DNA of 64,000 bases, taken from Acidimicrobiia bacterium (lineage in GTDB: Bacteria; Actinomycetota; Acidimicrobiia; Spongiisociales; ZC4RG35). Both the position numbers and the translations under genes were made by a program. The stretch spans positions 640,001-704,000 of the forward strand of contig CBDBCY010000004.1 in NCBI GenBank assembly GCA_965203555.1. The letters run 5' to 3'. Positions 8,939 through 20,560 of this stretch are shown here, in pieces; within the stretch, counting starts at the first letter, position 1, and each line of letters begins with the position of its first letter. The notes under the pieces were generated by a model, which did no database searches, was not told where the DNA came from, and saw only the letters and a list, made by a program, of their open reading frames with translations.

Positions 8939-10492
8939 CTAATCCACTCTCAAATCCCCAGGGTCCGAGGCCGCCATCGCCGCGATCCGTTCCACCACCT
9001 TCCGGCGGGGCTCTGAACGAGTCCTCTCTTCAATCTTTTCGAATACTCCGGGATCTGCGCCCTCGATAATCGGAACCAGCCCCAGCACATCCTCCACTTT
9101 CGGCCATGCGGCGCCCCTCCCGGCGATCAGTCCGACCGCGACCGGCCACGGGTCATCTCCCGGATACGCCCACGGAGCCTCTCCCGCATCCTCGGCCGCC
9201 CATCGTTCTAGCCGCTCCCGGAAGGAGGAGCGGTCGGGCGACCGGTTTCCTCCAGAGTTCGGCTCGCCACTCACACAATTAAGAATCGCCGATCCCACAG
9301 CTTCGGCGAGAGCAGGGGGCACGGCATTGCCTATCTGCTGAAACTGGCGCGAGCGGGACCCGGCAAAACGGAACGAGTCAGGAAAGGTCTGGATGGGGGC
9401 CGCTTCCCGGACGGTCAAAGTCCGGTGCTGTTCCGGATGTATGTACCAGTACCCGTCCTTGGCGATATGCGCCGTGATCGATCGGGAAAGACCCGACCAG
9501 TCAAGGCGATTGTACTTGTCGTCGAAGATATCGTCCCGGTATCGCTTCACCGTCTCCGGCAGATCCGAATACAGTGTGTCGGATGTCAACAACTCGAACG
9601 CCTCGTGGTCATCTTCCCGGACAGCCCGGGTTGTATGGTCATACACCACGTCGAGGTCACCCTCGGTGCAGGAATTGCGTGCATTTCGGGCGAAACCACC
9701 GATGTCGGATTCGACATACGGCATGATCTCCGATCCGATCGGCGTGTCCGGCGCGATGTCGAGCACCGGCAGATCACCGATGGCATCCCGCACCGTTACC
9801 TGCCCCTCAGGATCGGGCCATTCGAACACAGTTCCCGTGCGAACTCCGACCACTATCAGTCGCTGGCGTGCTGTGGTACGCCATGAACCCAACTCTCAAC
9901 AATCCGGGCGTCCACCTCATATCCGGCGTTCTCCAACCGGCCGATCATCGCCCTGAGTACGATCATGTCATCGGCGAGCGCCATGTCGGGCACATTCTCC
10001 ATGAGAACCGCTCGTGGCCGGACGCGCTCCACGACTTCCAGGAAGGCTCGCCAGAGTTCCTTTCGCATATCGACCGAATCGCGAATCCCCAGATTTACAA
10101 GGCTCCTGATCTTCGACCGACCGGCTCTCGAAAAGGGTTGGCACGGCGGCCCGGCAGCAATCAGATCCACTTCGATGCCGTCGAACAGTTCCACCACCTC
10201 GTTACGAGACTCCTCCACCGCCAAGTCGAGGCCGAGGGCGAGAGCCGGGAAATTGTGAGCGTGACTCTCCAACGCCCATTCATCCGAATCCACGGAAAGC
10301 ACAACCCGGAACCCGGCCGCCTCCAGACCGCAACTCAGTCCACCGGCGCCGGAGAAAAGATCAACGGCAATCGGGAGGGTTGGACGACGCAGCCACGAAC
10401 GCCATTCCGCCCGCGACGGAGCATCGGGATGAAGAGCAAGACGCAACGGCTTCGTGGGCCGCGCCTTTAACCCCGAACCTGCGATCACTCAC
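8939..10492 (-). pseudogene. DNA (cytosine-5)-methyltransferase with a truncated MutY/HhH-GPD-like C-terminal extension; frameshifts near 10468 and 9868
   Basis: DLFSGAGG (I), GPPCQPFS (IV), MENV (VI), HGVPQH/RQR (VIII, split by the frameshift), RTLTVREAA (IX), QIGNAVPP (X). Confidence 0.85.
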
Positions 10493-10923
10493 TCGCGGAC
10501 CTCCCGTCGGGCATAGGACGAATCAAACCTTGGCATCGGCAATATCCGACCGGCAAGTGCTGGATATCGATGTGGAGAAACGTTGAGCATCACCGCATAC
10601 CGGGTTGGGACAGACTCATGTCCTGGGATATTCTACGATCCGCTGCCTCAAGAATGGGAGAACACCCGAACAGCCTGGCATCTGACACCGTGACCGATAG
10701 CAACCCGCAAAGTCCCCCACCGGGGCGAGGAGACAAACGCGACCATCCAGCATTTTCCGGGGAGACGGTACGGAAAAGCTACATTACCGGGAGTCAACTT
10801 CGTTTCGCTCGTGGCGCCCGAGGCGGGCTTTGTTGATGTCTCACGCCGGGCCGTGGGTCACCGATCAGGTAGGCCGTCCGGGGCTGAACGGCCGGTGGGC
10901 GTCACCGTCGTGTAACCCTCCTC

Positions 10924-11328
10924 TCAGGTGATGAACGGGTCCAGCACCTCCACTCCGAGTTGGCGAAAGTCCCGAATGTTGCGGGTGACGACCGTCAGTC
11001 CATGCACCTGGGCGGTGGCGGCGATCATCGCGTCCTCCAAGAGGGACCTCGGCCGGCCATGTTTGATCCGGGCCCAAACCCGGAAAGCCTCCGCATCCAT
11101 TGGCAGGACCCTGTGCGAGGAAAGCACCTGACCGAGCCACCTTTCCAGGTCCTCCGCCTTGGAATGATCCCTCTCCCGGCAGATCTCGATACCTGCCTGG
11201 ATTTCACCAACCGTCACCACCGAGAGATACAACCGATGTCCCGGAGTTGCACCTATCCATCGCAGGACCCCCGGATTCGGTCTGGGCCGGCGCAGTTCGG
11301 AAACGATGTTGGCATCGAGCAGGTACAC
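10924..11328 (-). CDS. vapC: PIN-domain toxin (VapC family)
   Basis: YLLDANIVSE, SVVTVGEI, DAMIAATA, TRNIRDF. Confidence 0.9.
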   Translation of the reverse strand: MYLLDANIVSELRRPRPNPGVLRWIGATPGHRLYLSVVTVGEIQAGIEICRERDHSKAEDLERWLGQVLSSHRVLPMDAEAFRVWARIKHGRPRSLLEDAMIAATAQVHGLTVVTRNIRDFRQLGVEVLDPFIT

Positions 11329-11330
11329 GA

Positions 11331-11585
11331 TCAATCCATTTCGGGGAGGGAACGATGGCGATGTCCCGCCCGAGGAGGAGTCAGCGATTCCGTCCTGCCC
11401 TCCGGCGCCAATAACCACTCCTTGATTCCCGGCCTCGCCCGTTGCTGTAGCTCCCACCACTCGCCCATCGCCACCAGGACGGCTGTCTCCACCCCCCGTT
11501 TTGTGACGATCTGCGGCCCTTCCACCTGGCTCTTCTCCAACATCTCACTGAACCGCGCTTTTGCCTCCTGCACCTGCCATGCCAT
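11331..11585 (-). CDS. Phd/YefM antitoxin
   Basis: WQVQEAKARFSEML..GPQIVTKRG..AVLV; immediately upstream of vapC. Confidence 0.9.
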   Translation of the reverse strand: MAWQVQEAKARFSEMLEKSQVEGPQIVTKRGVETAVLVAMGEWWELQQRARPGIKEWLLAPEGRTESLTPPRAGHRHRSLPEMD

Positions 11586-11607
11586 TCTTCGGCCCTCCTA
11601 ATCTCAC

Positions 11608-11627
11608 ACTAGTCATAAGACTAGTCA
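11608..11627. promoter_or_regulatory. tandem ACTAGTCAT palindromic operator of the phd-vapC operon
   Basis: ACTAGTCATaagACTAGTCAT; a related TGACCGGTCA palindrome lies upstream of the deleted antitoxin copy (~5796-5805). Confidence 0.5.
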
Positions 11628-11976
11628 TCGTACCTGCTGTCGGCTGAACCCAGACCCCTTGTAATAGATGGCGGTGTCCTCTTTGGACTCTGAATGCACT
11701 TAGTGCAAGGATGTGTCCACGTACAGGATCACTTCGTCGGTTCGGTTGGTCACCGACGACCTCCATTCCTGTTCCCGCGCCCTGCTCATCCGGCAGGTAC
11801 TCGATGACGGGCACCATCGGAACGCAATCGAAGCCTCTCACGATCCTGCGGCATGTTCGCTCCCGGCAAACAGGCGAACGGCGCAGACCTGGATCTTTCC
11901 CATCCCTAACTAAAGCGGATCATCTACCATTAACGCGACCACTCGCCAACCACCGCAATCAGTAGCATTTGGAGAA

Positions 11977-12933
11977 ATGGCCCCGGGATTGGAACGGACC
12001 AAGACTTCCAGCTATGTGATCTATGAATTGCTGGAGCTCGTCGAGAACGGGAGCATCCGGATTCCTCGTTTCCAGCGCGGGCAGCGGTGGGGGCCCGGTG
12101 ATGTCGTCAAGCTGTTCGACAACGTTTACAAAGGATACCCGGTGGGCACCCTGCTCCTGTGAAAGCGATCTGCTCCGGAGGCCGACGTGACGCTCGGCGG
12201 GATCCACATCCGGGCGGCGGAGCGCACGGATGTGCTGTGAGTGGTGGACGGCCAGCAACGTATCACCTCACTCGCCACCGTCCTACTGCCGACGGAAGGC
12301 ACGGAGGAAGCCAGACCTGCCCTCTTTTTCGACCTCCGCAGGGAGCGGTTTGGATGGAGACGCCGGGGCGGTCCAGAAGGCGACACCCCATCTACCAGTC
12401 CGGGAGGCGTACAAACTGCCTCGCGTGATGGCTTGGATGCAGGAGCGGAGTCTGGATGAGCATGGAACGGGCGTTCAAGCTGGCCGACCGGCTGCGAAAC
12501 TACCGCATCCCGACGTATGCGGTGGGAAACCGCGGTTGACGGGGATCTGGCCTCCCTGCGAGAGATATTCGATCGGATCAACACTTTCGGCAAACGAATG
12601 ACCCGCGCCGAGGTGTTCCACGCACTGACCGCCTCCGACCCACCGAAGGGACGGGACCTGCATTACCTCGCCGACCGGATTGCATCCAGGGGATGGGGGA
12701 TCACAAAAGACAGCACTCTGATGATATGTGTCCTGTCGATGGACGGCCCCGACGTGCTGCGCAACTTCCGCACCGAATTCGCCGGGGAGGCGGAGCGGCT
12801 GTCCAGCGCCATCGACCGAGCCGACGCCGCCATCGGACGCGCGGTCGACTTCCTGCAAGACGCTGGAGTCCCGCATCTCGATCTGGCGCCCTACCCGTAC
12901 CTCTTGGTGGGGTCGTTCGCCTTGGACAGGTAG
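11977..12933 (+). pseudogene. DUF262 (GmrS/ParB-like) protein with several stops and frameshifts
   Basis: IPRFQRGQRW, GYPVGTLLL*, L*VVDGQQRITSL, EIFDRINTFG. Confidence 0.85.
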
Positions 12934-12955
12934 AGCAGCGCCTCTTGATCGGATG

Positions 12956-13351
12956 TCACAGGATTTTGATGGCATGGCGCCGGACGCTGCGGAAGAACAT
13001 CGTGTCCCAGGATCGCAAATGTTCGGGCGGAGCGGCGTAGAGCGAAATCATGCTCTGGGTCAGGTACTCGTATCTCTCTCTCAACTTCTCCCGCAACTCG
13101 GGCAGGGCTCTCCACCGTCGATTACGGGGACTGTCCTCTTCAGCCAGCAGCATCAACAGGTCCAGGTCAGATTCGGCCTGCCAGTCCCCCCGCGCTCTCG
13201 AACCGTGCATCCAGACTTCCACCAGCCGGTCCCCGTACACCTCCCTGGCGACGCCGGCCACCGCCAATGCCGCCGACAGAGCGTCTTCGGCTGACGGCCA
13301 CGGGTCGGTCCCGTCCGCCAAAGGCTTCTCGGTGACAGCCGGCAGGGACAT
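12956..13351 (-). CDS. minimal nucleotidyltransferase (MNT), no adjacent HEPN gene
   Basis: HGSRARGDWQAESDLDLL motif. Confidence 0.85.
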   Translation of the reverse strand: MSLPAVTEKPLADGTDPWPSAEDALSAALAVAGVAREVYGDRLVEVWMHGSRARGDWQAESDLDLLMLLAEEDSPRNRRWRALPELREKLRERYEYLTQSMISLYAAPPEHLRSWDTMFFRSVRRHAIKIL

Positions 13352-13383
13352 GGGTACTCAGATTACCCGGAGTCCCGGGATGG

Positions 13384-15216
13384 CTACCACCAGCCTTTTT
13401 CTACCAGTAGTTTCTTGAGGTTGCGCTTGCGCCAGTGTTCGGTCCGCACCCACTCCATGAGGTACTTGAAGCGTTCGGGCACTCCGGCAGCCTCGGACAA
13501 TAGATGGATGCGCCCCATGAGATCGACCGCCGATTGGTAGGCGGAGTTCCTTTTCCGGTCTATCAGAGAGCTGACCTCCGCCTGGTATGCAGCCATCGAT
13601 TCAAGAGGGTGGGTGTCCTCGCGCGCCCTCGTCATCGACATCCGCATCTCCGGCCCGCATCCGAAGTCCGCAGCCGCCTCCCACGCCTCTTCCCGGCAGC
13701 CTTCGAGGAACAGTATCTTCACCAGGGCATCGGCATCCTTGGACACCACCGAAGGGTGCCTGGCGTCCGATTCGGGCTCGGGCGATGACAAACGGCCGCG
13801 AAGTTCTTCCACGCCGCGGCGGAACCAGTCCACGTCCGCCTGCGGACCCCTGTCCGATTCTTCCAGCAGACGGCGGTAGGTGGTCAACGACGGATGGGCG
13901 GCAAAGGCGTCCCAGTACAGAGACAACGCTTCCCGGTCCTCACCGCGTTTGCGCAGAGCCGCGGCGAGATAGTCGCGCAAATCGTCCCCGAACGACCATG
14001 GAGGGGGGTGGCCGCGCAGCCCTCGGCGAGCCCATTCGAGAGCCTCATCCTCCCGGCCGGCGTCGTCCAGGACACGACTGATCTCCCAGCAGGCACTTGG
14101 CCCTATCCCGTCGGCCTTATGCGCTTCGATGAGCGTATCGGGATCGTCGGTTGCCCGTGCCCAGCATCTCAGAGCCCGGTGGGACCAGTTGTTGAGGAGT
14201 GCGTCGCCGCGGTCCCGGCGGGAGGTTCGTTGTTCACTCTCCCGCTGACGGTCGATCAGACGCCGGTATTCGGCCAGGCCGGCCTCGCCCAACACCTCCG
14301 CGTAGGTCCACACCGCGCAGCCCAAGAACTCCCATTCCGGGGCTGATCCAAACTCCAGTTCCACCAGCCGGCGCGCCAGTTTGACCGGGTCGGGTTGGCC
14401 GGTGACGCAGGCCCGATAGTGAAGTTCGAGCAACCGCTCCGAGATGTCATCCACCCACCCTCCGATGTAGTTCACGTAACTGCAGGCTGCCGAAGCCAGC
14501 CGGCAGCCATAGTCGGTCAGTTCCATCACGGCCCTGCAATGGCCCTTTTCCAGCAGACTTTCGAGACCGTCCATCACCTGGTGTACGCCTGCCGTCCAGT
14601 CGTCGGCCTCGTGGTCGTGGACGAACGGTCCCCGAGGCGGCGCGAATGCCGAATCCAAACTCCGCCGCCAGGCCGCCGAATCGGGGACCCCTCCGGGTCC
14701 GGCGGCCGCCTCCGCCAGCAGTCGTTGCCGCAGTCCGACATCCGAGGAGGCCTGCTTCACGACGATTGCCACCAAACGGTGGAACGAGAGCCCATGAAGG
14801 TAATCCGACAACTGATCACGTTCGCGAGAACCTGATGCGGAGGACGTCACGGTCCTGGTCGGCTCGGGCCGGAACCGCTTCTCCGGCTCCTGCTCAGCGG
14901 GGTGGAGGGACAACGCCACCGCCACACAGTGTTTGCAAAATGATCCGTCCGCGGAGGCGGGACAGGTGCAGGACCAGCCGGGCCTGCCGCCGTCGACCCA
15001 CAATCTCACCAGGTACGGCACGGTGCCCAACACCACGACTTCAAGATGTCGGTCATCCCCGGCCGGACATCCAATCGCCTCTCGGAGACTGCGGTGGCTG
15101 CCTCGGCGGTATGACGTGGGCGTGGCGAGTTCTTTTATCACGGACGCGCTGAAAACCTGGGCCAGGGTGCGGGTGATCGAGGCTTCGTTACTGCCGGACT
15201 CGTCTTCCGTTTTCAA
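13384..15216 (-). CDS. SWIM zinc-finger protein with a helical-repeat C-terminus (DUF6880-like)
   Basis: WSCTCP..FCKHCVAVAL; TPR-like helices; C-terminal HWRKRNL; start overlaps the dnaE stop. Confidence 0.8.
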   Translation of the reverse strand: MKTEDESGSNEASITRTLAQVFSASVIKELATPTSYRRGSHRSLREAIGCPAGDDRHLEVVVLGTVPYLVRLWVDGGRPGWSCTCPASADGSFCKHCVAVALSLHPAEQEPEKRFRPEPTRTVTSSASGSRERDQLSDYLHGLSFHRLVAIVVKQASSDVGLRQRLLAEAAAGPGGVPDSAAWRRSLDSAFAPPRGPFVHDHEADDWTAGVHQVMDGLESLLEKGHCRAVMELTDYGCRLASAACSYVNYIGGWVDDISERLLELHYRACVTGQPDPVKLARRLVELEFGSAPEWEFLGCAVWTYAEVLGEAGLAEYRRLIDRQRESEQRTSRRDRGDALLNNWSHRALRCWARATDDPDTLIEAHKADGIGPSACWEISRVLDDAGREDEALEWARRGLRGHPPPWSFGDDLRDYLAAALRKRGEDREALSLYWDAFAAHPSLTTYRRLLEESDRGPQADVDWFRRGVEELRGRLSSPEPESDARHPSVVSKDADALVKILFLEGCREEAWEAAADFGCGPEMRMSMTRAREDTHPLESMAAYQAEVSSLIDRKRNSAYQSAVDLMGRIHLLSEAAGVPERFKYLMEWVRTEHWRKRNLKKLLVEKGWW

Positions 15217-18200
15217 GCCACTACCGAGTCGGCGCCCAGCAGTTCCCGGAGTTCGGTGACCATCTGCGCATCTCCGCTGACCTTTGGCTTGGAGGTGTAG
15301 ATGTGTTGGCCGCTCTCCCTGATGTGGAAGACCACCCGCTTGGCGCCCGGATGGCGACGCAGCACCGCGCCGAGTTTGTGAGCGTTGTCCCGTTCTCCTA
15401 TAAAATTCACGCTCAAGCTGATGTCCAGAGAAGGTGGCGCCTTCTTCAGCAACTCGAGGCGGGTGCAGATCAGTTGTACTTCATCTTCTCGCCGGTCCAC
15501 CCGGCCCCCGATCGCCACAATCTTATCCACCGCCAGGATGTCCTCATACCGCTCCACCATCTTTGGAAAGACCACCACCTCCACCTCACCGTCCATGTCC
15601 TCGATGGTCAGCACCATCATCCGGTCACCCTTGCGGGTCCACTTCACCGTCAGAGATGCGATCAGTCCGGCGATCTTCACCTTGGCCCCATCGGGATGGT
15701 TCTCCAATCCCGTGGTCGTCACATCGGCGGCCGCTCGAAGATCACGGGCTCTCTCCGCCAAGGGATGATCGGAGAGGTACAGTCCCAGCATTTCCTTCTC
15801 GAACCCCAGCCGCACCGACTTTTCCCACTGCCGGTCGGGCACGTCGGGAAGGGTGAGATCGGGCGATCCTCCACCGCCGAACAGTGAGAACTGGCCGGCC
15901 TGCTCCCTGCGACGGCGATCCACAACCGAATCGACAATCAGGGGAAGCACTTCCGTCAGGCCCCGGCGGGTATGTCCCAGGCTGTCGAAACCCCCCGCCT
16001 TCACCAGCGATTCCAGCGTGTTGCGTCGCAAGGCGTCCACCGCCACTTTCTCGCAGAAGTCCATAAAGCTTTGGAAGGACCCCTTTTCCCGGCGGGCTTC
16101 GATGATCTTTTGCGCCACCGACTCTCCCAGGTTGCGGATCGCCGAGAGCCCCACTCTGATGCTGCCCGAGTCAACCTGGTAGTCCAATCCGGAACCGTTG
16201 ACGTCCGGTACTTTGACCGACACTCCCATCCGTTTGCATTCCTTCAGATACATGGCGGTGCGGTCGCGGTTGCTCTTGGAAGAGGTGAGCAGGGCCGCCA
16301 TGTACTCGGCCGGATAATTCGCCTTCAGATAAGCGGTCTGGTAGGCGATCAGCCCGTAGCAGGCCGAGTGCGACTTGTTGAATCCGTACCCCGCAAAGTG
16401 GCTGATCAGATCGAACAACTCCCGGCCGGTCGAACGGTCATGTCCCTGAGCCGCGCAGCCTTCGACGAATTTCTCCTCCTCGGCGTCCATCACCGCCTTG
16501 ATCTTCTTGCCCATCGCTTTTCGGAGATTGTCGGCCTCCTCCATGGTGTAGCCCGCCATGGTGCGGGCGACCTCCATCACCTGCTCCTGGTAGACCAGGA
16601 TCTGGTAGGTGGGATCCAACACTTCGTTCAGCATCGGATGGAGCGGCTCCACCCGGGCCCTCCCGGTCTTGCGGTCGGCATAGAGAGTGTGCATGTTGGC
16701 GCCCATCGGACCGGGCCGGTAGAGCGCCACCAGCGCGACCACGTCGTCGAAACGATCGGGACGGAGCCGCTGGATGAGGATTCTCATCTGGTCGCCCTCC
16801 AGCTGGAACACCCCGATGGTCTCCGCAGCCTGCAGCAACTCGAATGTCTTGGGATCGTCGAGCGGAACCCGGTCGATGTCGGGCCGCGGTCTCCCCGACT
16901 CCTCCACCATGTCCAGGGTCCTTTCGATGGTGGACAGGTTTCTCAACCCCAGAAAGTCCATCTTCAGAAGGCCGAGTTCCTCCACCGCCCCCATCTCGTA
17001 CTGGGTGACCACCTCCGCTTCCCTGCCCTTTTGCTGGACAGGGACCAATTCGGTCATCGGAACCGGGGAGATCACCACCCCCGCGGCGTGGATGGAGTCC
17101 TGGCGGCGCAGACCCTCCAAGCCCCGGGCGGCGTCGATCACCTTGCGGGCGTCGGCGTCGCTGTTGTAGGCTTCTCGCAACCCCGCCGCATTGGCGTACC
17201 AGTCCTTCACGATGCCGTCGCTGCCGGCCTCAGGTGGATTCAGGCACTGGATCAGCGAAGCCTCCCTGCCGAGGATGGCCGGGGGCATCTGCTTGGCCAA
17301 CTGGTCTCCCACCCGGTACTCGAATCCGTACACCCGGGCGGCGTCGCGGATCGCCTGCTTTCCCTTGATGGTGGCGAAGGTGACGATCTGCGCCACGTGA
17401 TCGGAGCCGTACCGCTCCCGGACGTAGTCGATGATCTCCGACCTGAACCTCTCGTCGAAGTCCATGTCGATATCGGGCATCGCCGCCCTTCCGGGGTTCA
17501 GGAACCGCTCGAAGATGAGTCCGTACTCCAGCGGATCGATGTGAGTGATCTCCAGGCAGTAGGAGACCATGGAACCCGCCGCCGAGCCCCTGCCGGGCCC
17601 GGTGCGTATCCCTCGCTCCCGGGCCTCCCGTATCAAATCCCAGATGATCAGAAAGTAGGTCTGAAAGCCCATGTCCTCTATGACGCCCAGTTCGTAACGG
17701 ATTCGTTCGGAGACCGGCGCCGGGATGTGACCGTCGTACCTGCTGCGGGCGCCCTCCCGCACCAGGTGCTCCAGGTAGGAACTGTGGGTGTGGCCGGCCG
17801 GGGTGGGAAAGTCGGGAAGGAGCGTCTTTCCCATCTCCATGCGAACGTCCGCCCGTTCAGCGATCAGGAGGGTGTTGTCGCAGGCGCCGGGGTACAGGTC
17901 GGACGGGAACAGTCGTCGCATGGCTGAGGCCGATTTGAGGTAGAACTCCTGTGAACCGAACCGCAACCGGTCTTCGTCTTCGACATTGGAACCGGTGTTG
18001 ACGCACAGCAGCACGTCGTGAGCCTCCGCCTCGTCCGGATTGGTGTAGTGGGAATCGTTGGTGGCCAGCAGCGGCGCTCCCACCCGCTCGGACACTTTCA
18101 CCAATTCAGGCAGCAATCGTTGCTGTTCGGGCAGTCCGTGGTCCATGATCTCGATGAAGAAATTCTCTCGGCCGAATATGTCCTGGTAGTCGGAGGCGGC

Positions 18201-18717
18201 GCGGGCCGCGGCATCCGGGTCGAACACTCCCCGACTCCCGCCCTCTTCGCTGACCAGACCGGACACCAGATGGGAGGCGATCTCTCCGCTCATGCATCCC
18301 GAGGTGGCGATGATTCCCTCCGAGTGTGTCGACAGTAGTTCCCGGTCGGCGCGGGGTTTGTACCAGTAGCCGTCCAGGAAGGCCTTGCTGCTGATCTTGA
18401 TCAGGTTGTGATACCCAACGTCGTTGTAAGCCAGCAGCGTGATGTGATGGCGAACATTTTTTTCCCCGGTGGGACGATCGAACCGTGATCCGGGCGTCAG
18501 GTAGGCCTCCATCCCCAGAATGGGTTTGATTCCCGCCTTCCGCGCCGCCTGGTAGAACTCCACCGCCCCGTACAGAACGCCGTGGTCGGTCATCGCCACC
18601 GCCGGCTGCCGGTTGGCGCTCACTGCCGCCATGATCTCCCCCCACCCGTGAGGCGCCGTCCAACATGGAGTACTCGGTATGCAGATGAAGATGGGCGAAG
18701 CTGCCGTTTCGAGTCAT
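15213..18717 (-). CDS. dnaE: DNA polymerase III alpha subunit (frameshift in the G-run near 18640)
   Basis: FAHLHLHTEYSMLDG (upstream frame), TDHG, GRGSAAGS, PDIDMDF, FNKSHS, C-terminal OB fold. Confidence 0.97.
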
Positions 18718-19583
18718 CAGCCCAACAAACCTCCACTGGAAAAGATCGCCGCGCCCACCGCCAGTATCCCGACCGCCAGGGCCGAGAGGGTCAGCGCCGT
18801 GCCCCGGTGACCTTGCCGGCGCTGGGCCGACCACAAGAGTCCGATAAGCACCCCGGTGACTATTCCGCCCAGGTGAGCCTGCCAGGCGATATTGGGTATG
18901 AAGAGCGGGAGAGCGAAATTGATCGCCAGCAGTATTCCCAGTTGCGAGAGCACCCTCCTGCCGAAATGGGTGTGCCTCAATCGATAGGCGCCCGCCAACC
19001 ACACTCCGAACAACCCGAAAATGGCGCCTGAAGCTCCGATGGACAGAGAAACGGGATCGGAGAACCAATAGACGAACAGGCTCCCCCCGGCGGCGGAAGA
19101 CAGATACATCCCCAGAAAGGGAAGGGCGCCCGACTCTTTTTCGATCTGGGGACCGAACACGTACAGCGCCCACATGTTGAACAAAATGTGGAACATCGAC
19201 CCGTGGAGCAAAACCGCAGTGACCATCCTCCACCACTGCCCGGCGGCAACTCCCAAACCTATCTCCGGGAATCCTCCCAGCATGGCCAATTCTCTGATCA
19301 GCCGGGACTCCAGTTGGGGAAACAGCCAGGAGAGAAGATAGATCCCCGAAGTCAAAACCAGCAGGGTGGCGGTGGCCGCAGGAATCCCTGCCCGGCGCCT
19401 CACCGTTCGAATATTGCGTTGGGCCTGGCCGATGCAAGCGGGACATTTCTGCCCGACCGCCGCGTCGTATGAACAGGACGTGCAGATGGGACGGTCACAA
19501 CTGCTGCAAGCCAGGCGGGTTGGCCGACCGGGATGCCGGTAGCACGAAGGAACCGATAAGTCGGAGGACAAGACAACACCCAA
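18717..19583 (-). CDS. rhomboid intramembrane serine protease with an N-terminal Cys/His zinc-binding domain
   Basis: CYRHP..CSSCDRPICTSC; WWR, HILFNM, GASGAIFG, AHLGG. Confidence 0.9.
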   Translation of the reverse strand: MGVVLSSDLSVPSCYRHPGRPTRLACSSCDRPICTSCSYDAAVGQKCPACIGQAQRNIRTVRRRAGIPAATATLLVLTSGIYLLSWLFPQLESRLIRELAMLGGFPEIGLGVAAGQWWRMVTAVLLHGSMFHILFNMWALYVFGPQIEKESGALPFLGMYLSSAAGGSLFVYWFSDPVSLSIGASGAIFGLFGVWLAGAYRLRHTHFGRRVLSQLGILLAINFALPLFIPNIAWQAHLGGIVTGVLIGLLWSAQRRQGHRGTALTLSALAVGILAVGAAIFSSGGLLG

Positions 19584-19590
19584 AGTAAGG

Positions 19591-20560
19591 CTACCCGCCG
19601 CCCAATCGGCAGTCCATAGCTCGGCGGAGCTCTTCGGGAAGAGGAGAATGGTGATCCATCCGCCGGGAGGAGTCGGCGGGATGCCGGAAGGTCAACTCCG
19701 AGGCGTGCAGCCACATGCGATCCGCCGCCAGAGGATCAGGCCGGCCGCTGTAAAGCCGGTCTCCCACCACGGGGTGGCGGATCGAGGAAAAGTGCACCCT
19801 GATCTGATGGGTTCGACCGGTCTGCAGTTCCACCGCCAGAAAGGACAGGGGTGGATCGTCCCAGTAGTGGATGACCCGATAGCGAGTGAGGGCGTACTGG
19901 CCGCCCGCCAACACTGCTCGCTTACCTCTGCGGCGCGGATCAGGGCCGAGCGGGGCTTCGATCGCACCCCGGGAAGTCTCCATCACCCCGTGCACCAGGG
20001 CGAGGTAGCGGCGTTTGACCTCCCGCCGACGCAACGCGGCGCCCAGTCGGTCGTAGGCCGGCTGCGAAAGGGCGGTGACCAGCAAGCCGGACGTGTCCCG
20101 GTCCAGGCGATGCACAATCCCCCATCTGGCCGGCTGTCCCACTCCTTCGATCTGGGGGGAATCGGTGGAGCAGACCGGCAGCCAGGGTCCCCTGCTGTCC
20201 CGGCGCCACCGAACCGGGATGGGTGATCATCCCCACCGGTTTGACCACCACCGCCACATGCTCGTCCTCATACATCACCTCGAATTCGACCGGTTCAGGG
20301 CGAAGTTTTCGCTCGGGAGGATCGCCCAACCACAGCGAAGATCCCGCCTCCACCCTCTCCGCCGGTTTCAACCGCCCTTTTGCCGAACGGGCCAATCCCC
20401 CGTCGACTAGGCGGCGGGAGACTGAGCGGCTTACCCCCAACAGCGCCGAGACCACCCGATCTGCCCGTTCTCCCCCCAATCCCTCGGGCACCTTCCACTC
20501 CCGGAGCACATCCCTGGCCCGCCCGGGACTCCCAGCTTCAGCGTCAGGATCGGGCGGCAA
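19591..20560 (-). CDS. rluD: RluA/RluD pseudouridine synthase (frameshift in the C-run near 20157)
   Basis: S4-like N-terminus, YEDEHVAVVVKP, GIVHRLDRDTSG, GRTHQIRVH, LHA. Confidence 0.9.

Noticed and set aside
15972-17927. Long antisense ORFs (e.g. 651 aa opposite dnaE; others opposite the mur, hppA and pyr genes)
   Set aside because: Typical shadow ORFs of high-GC coding sequence with no motifs
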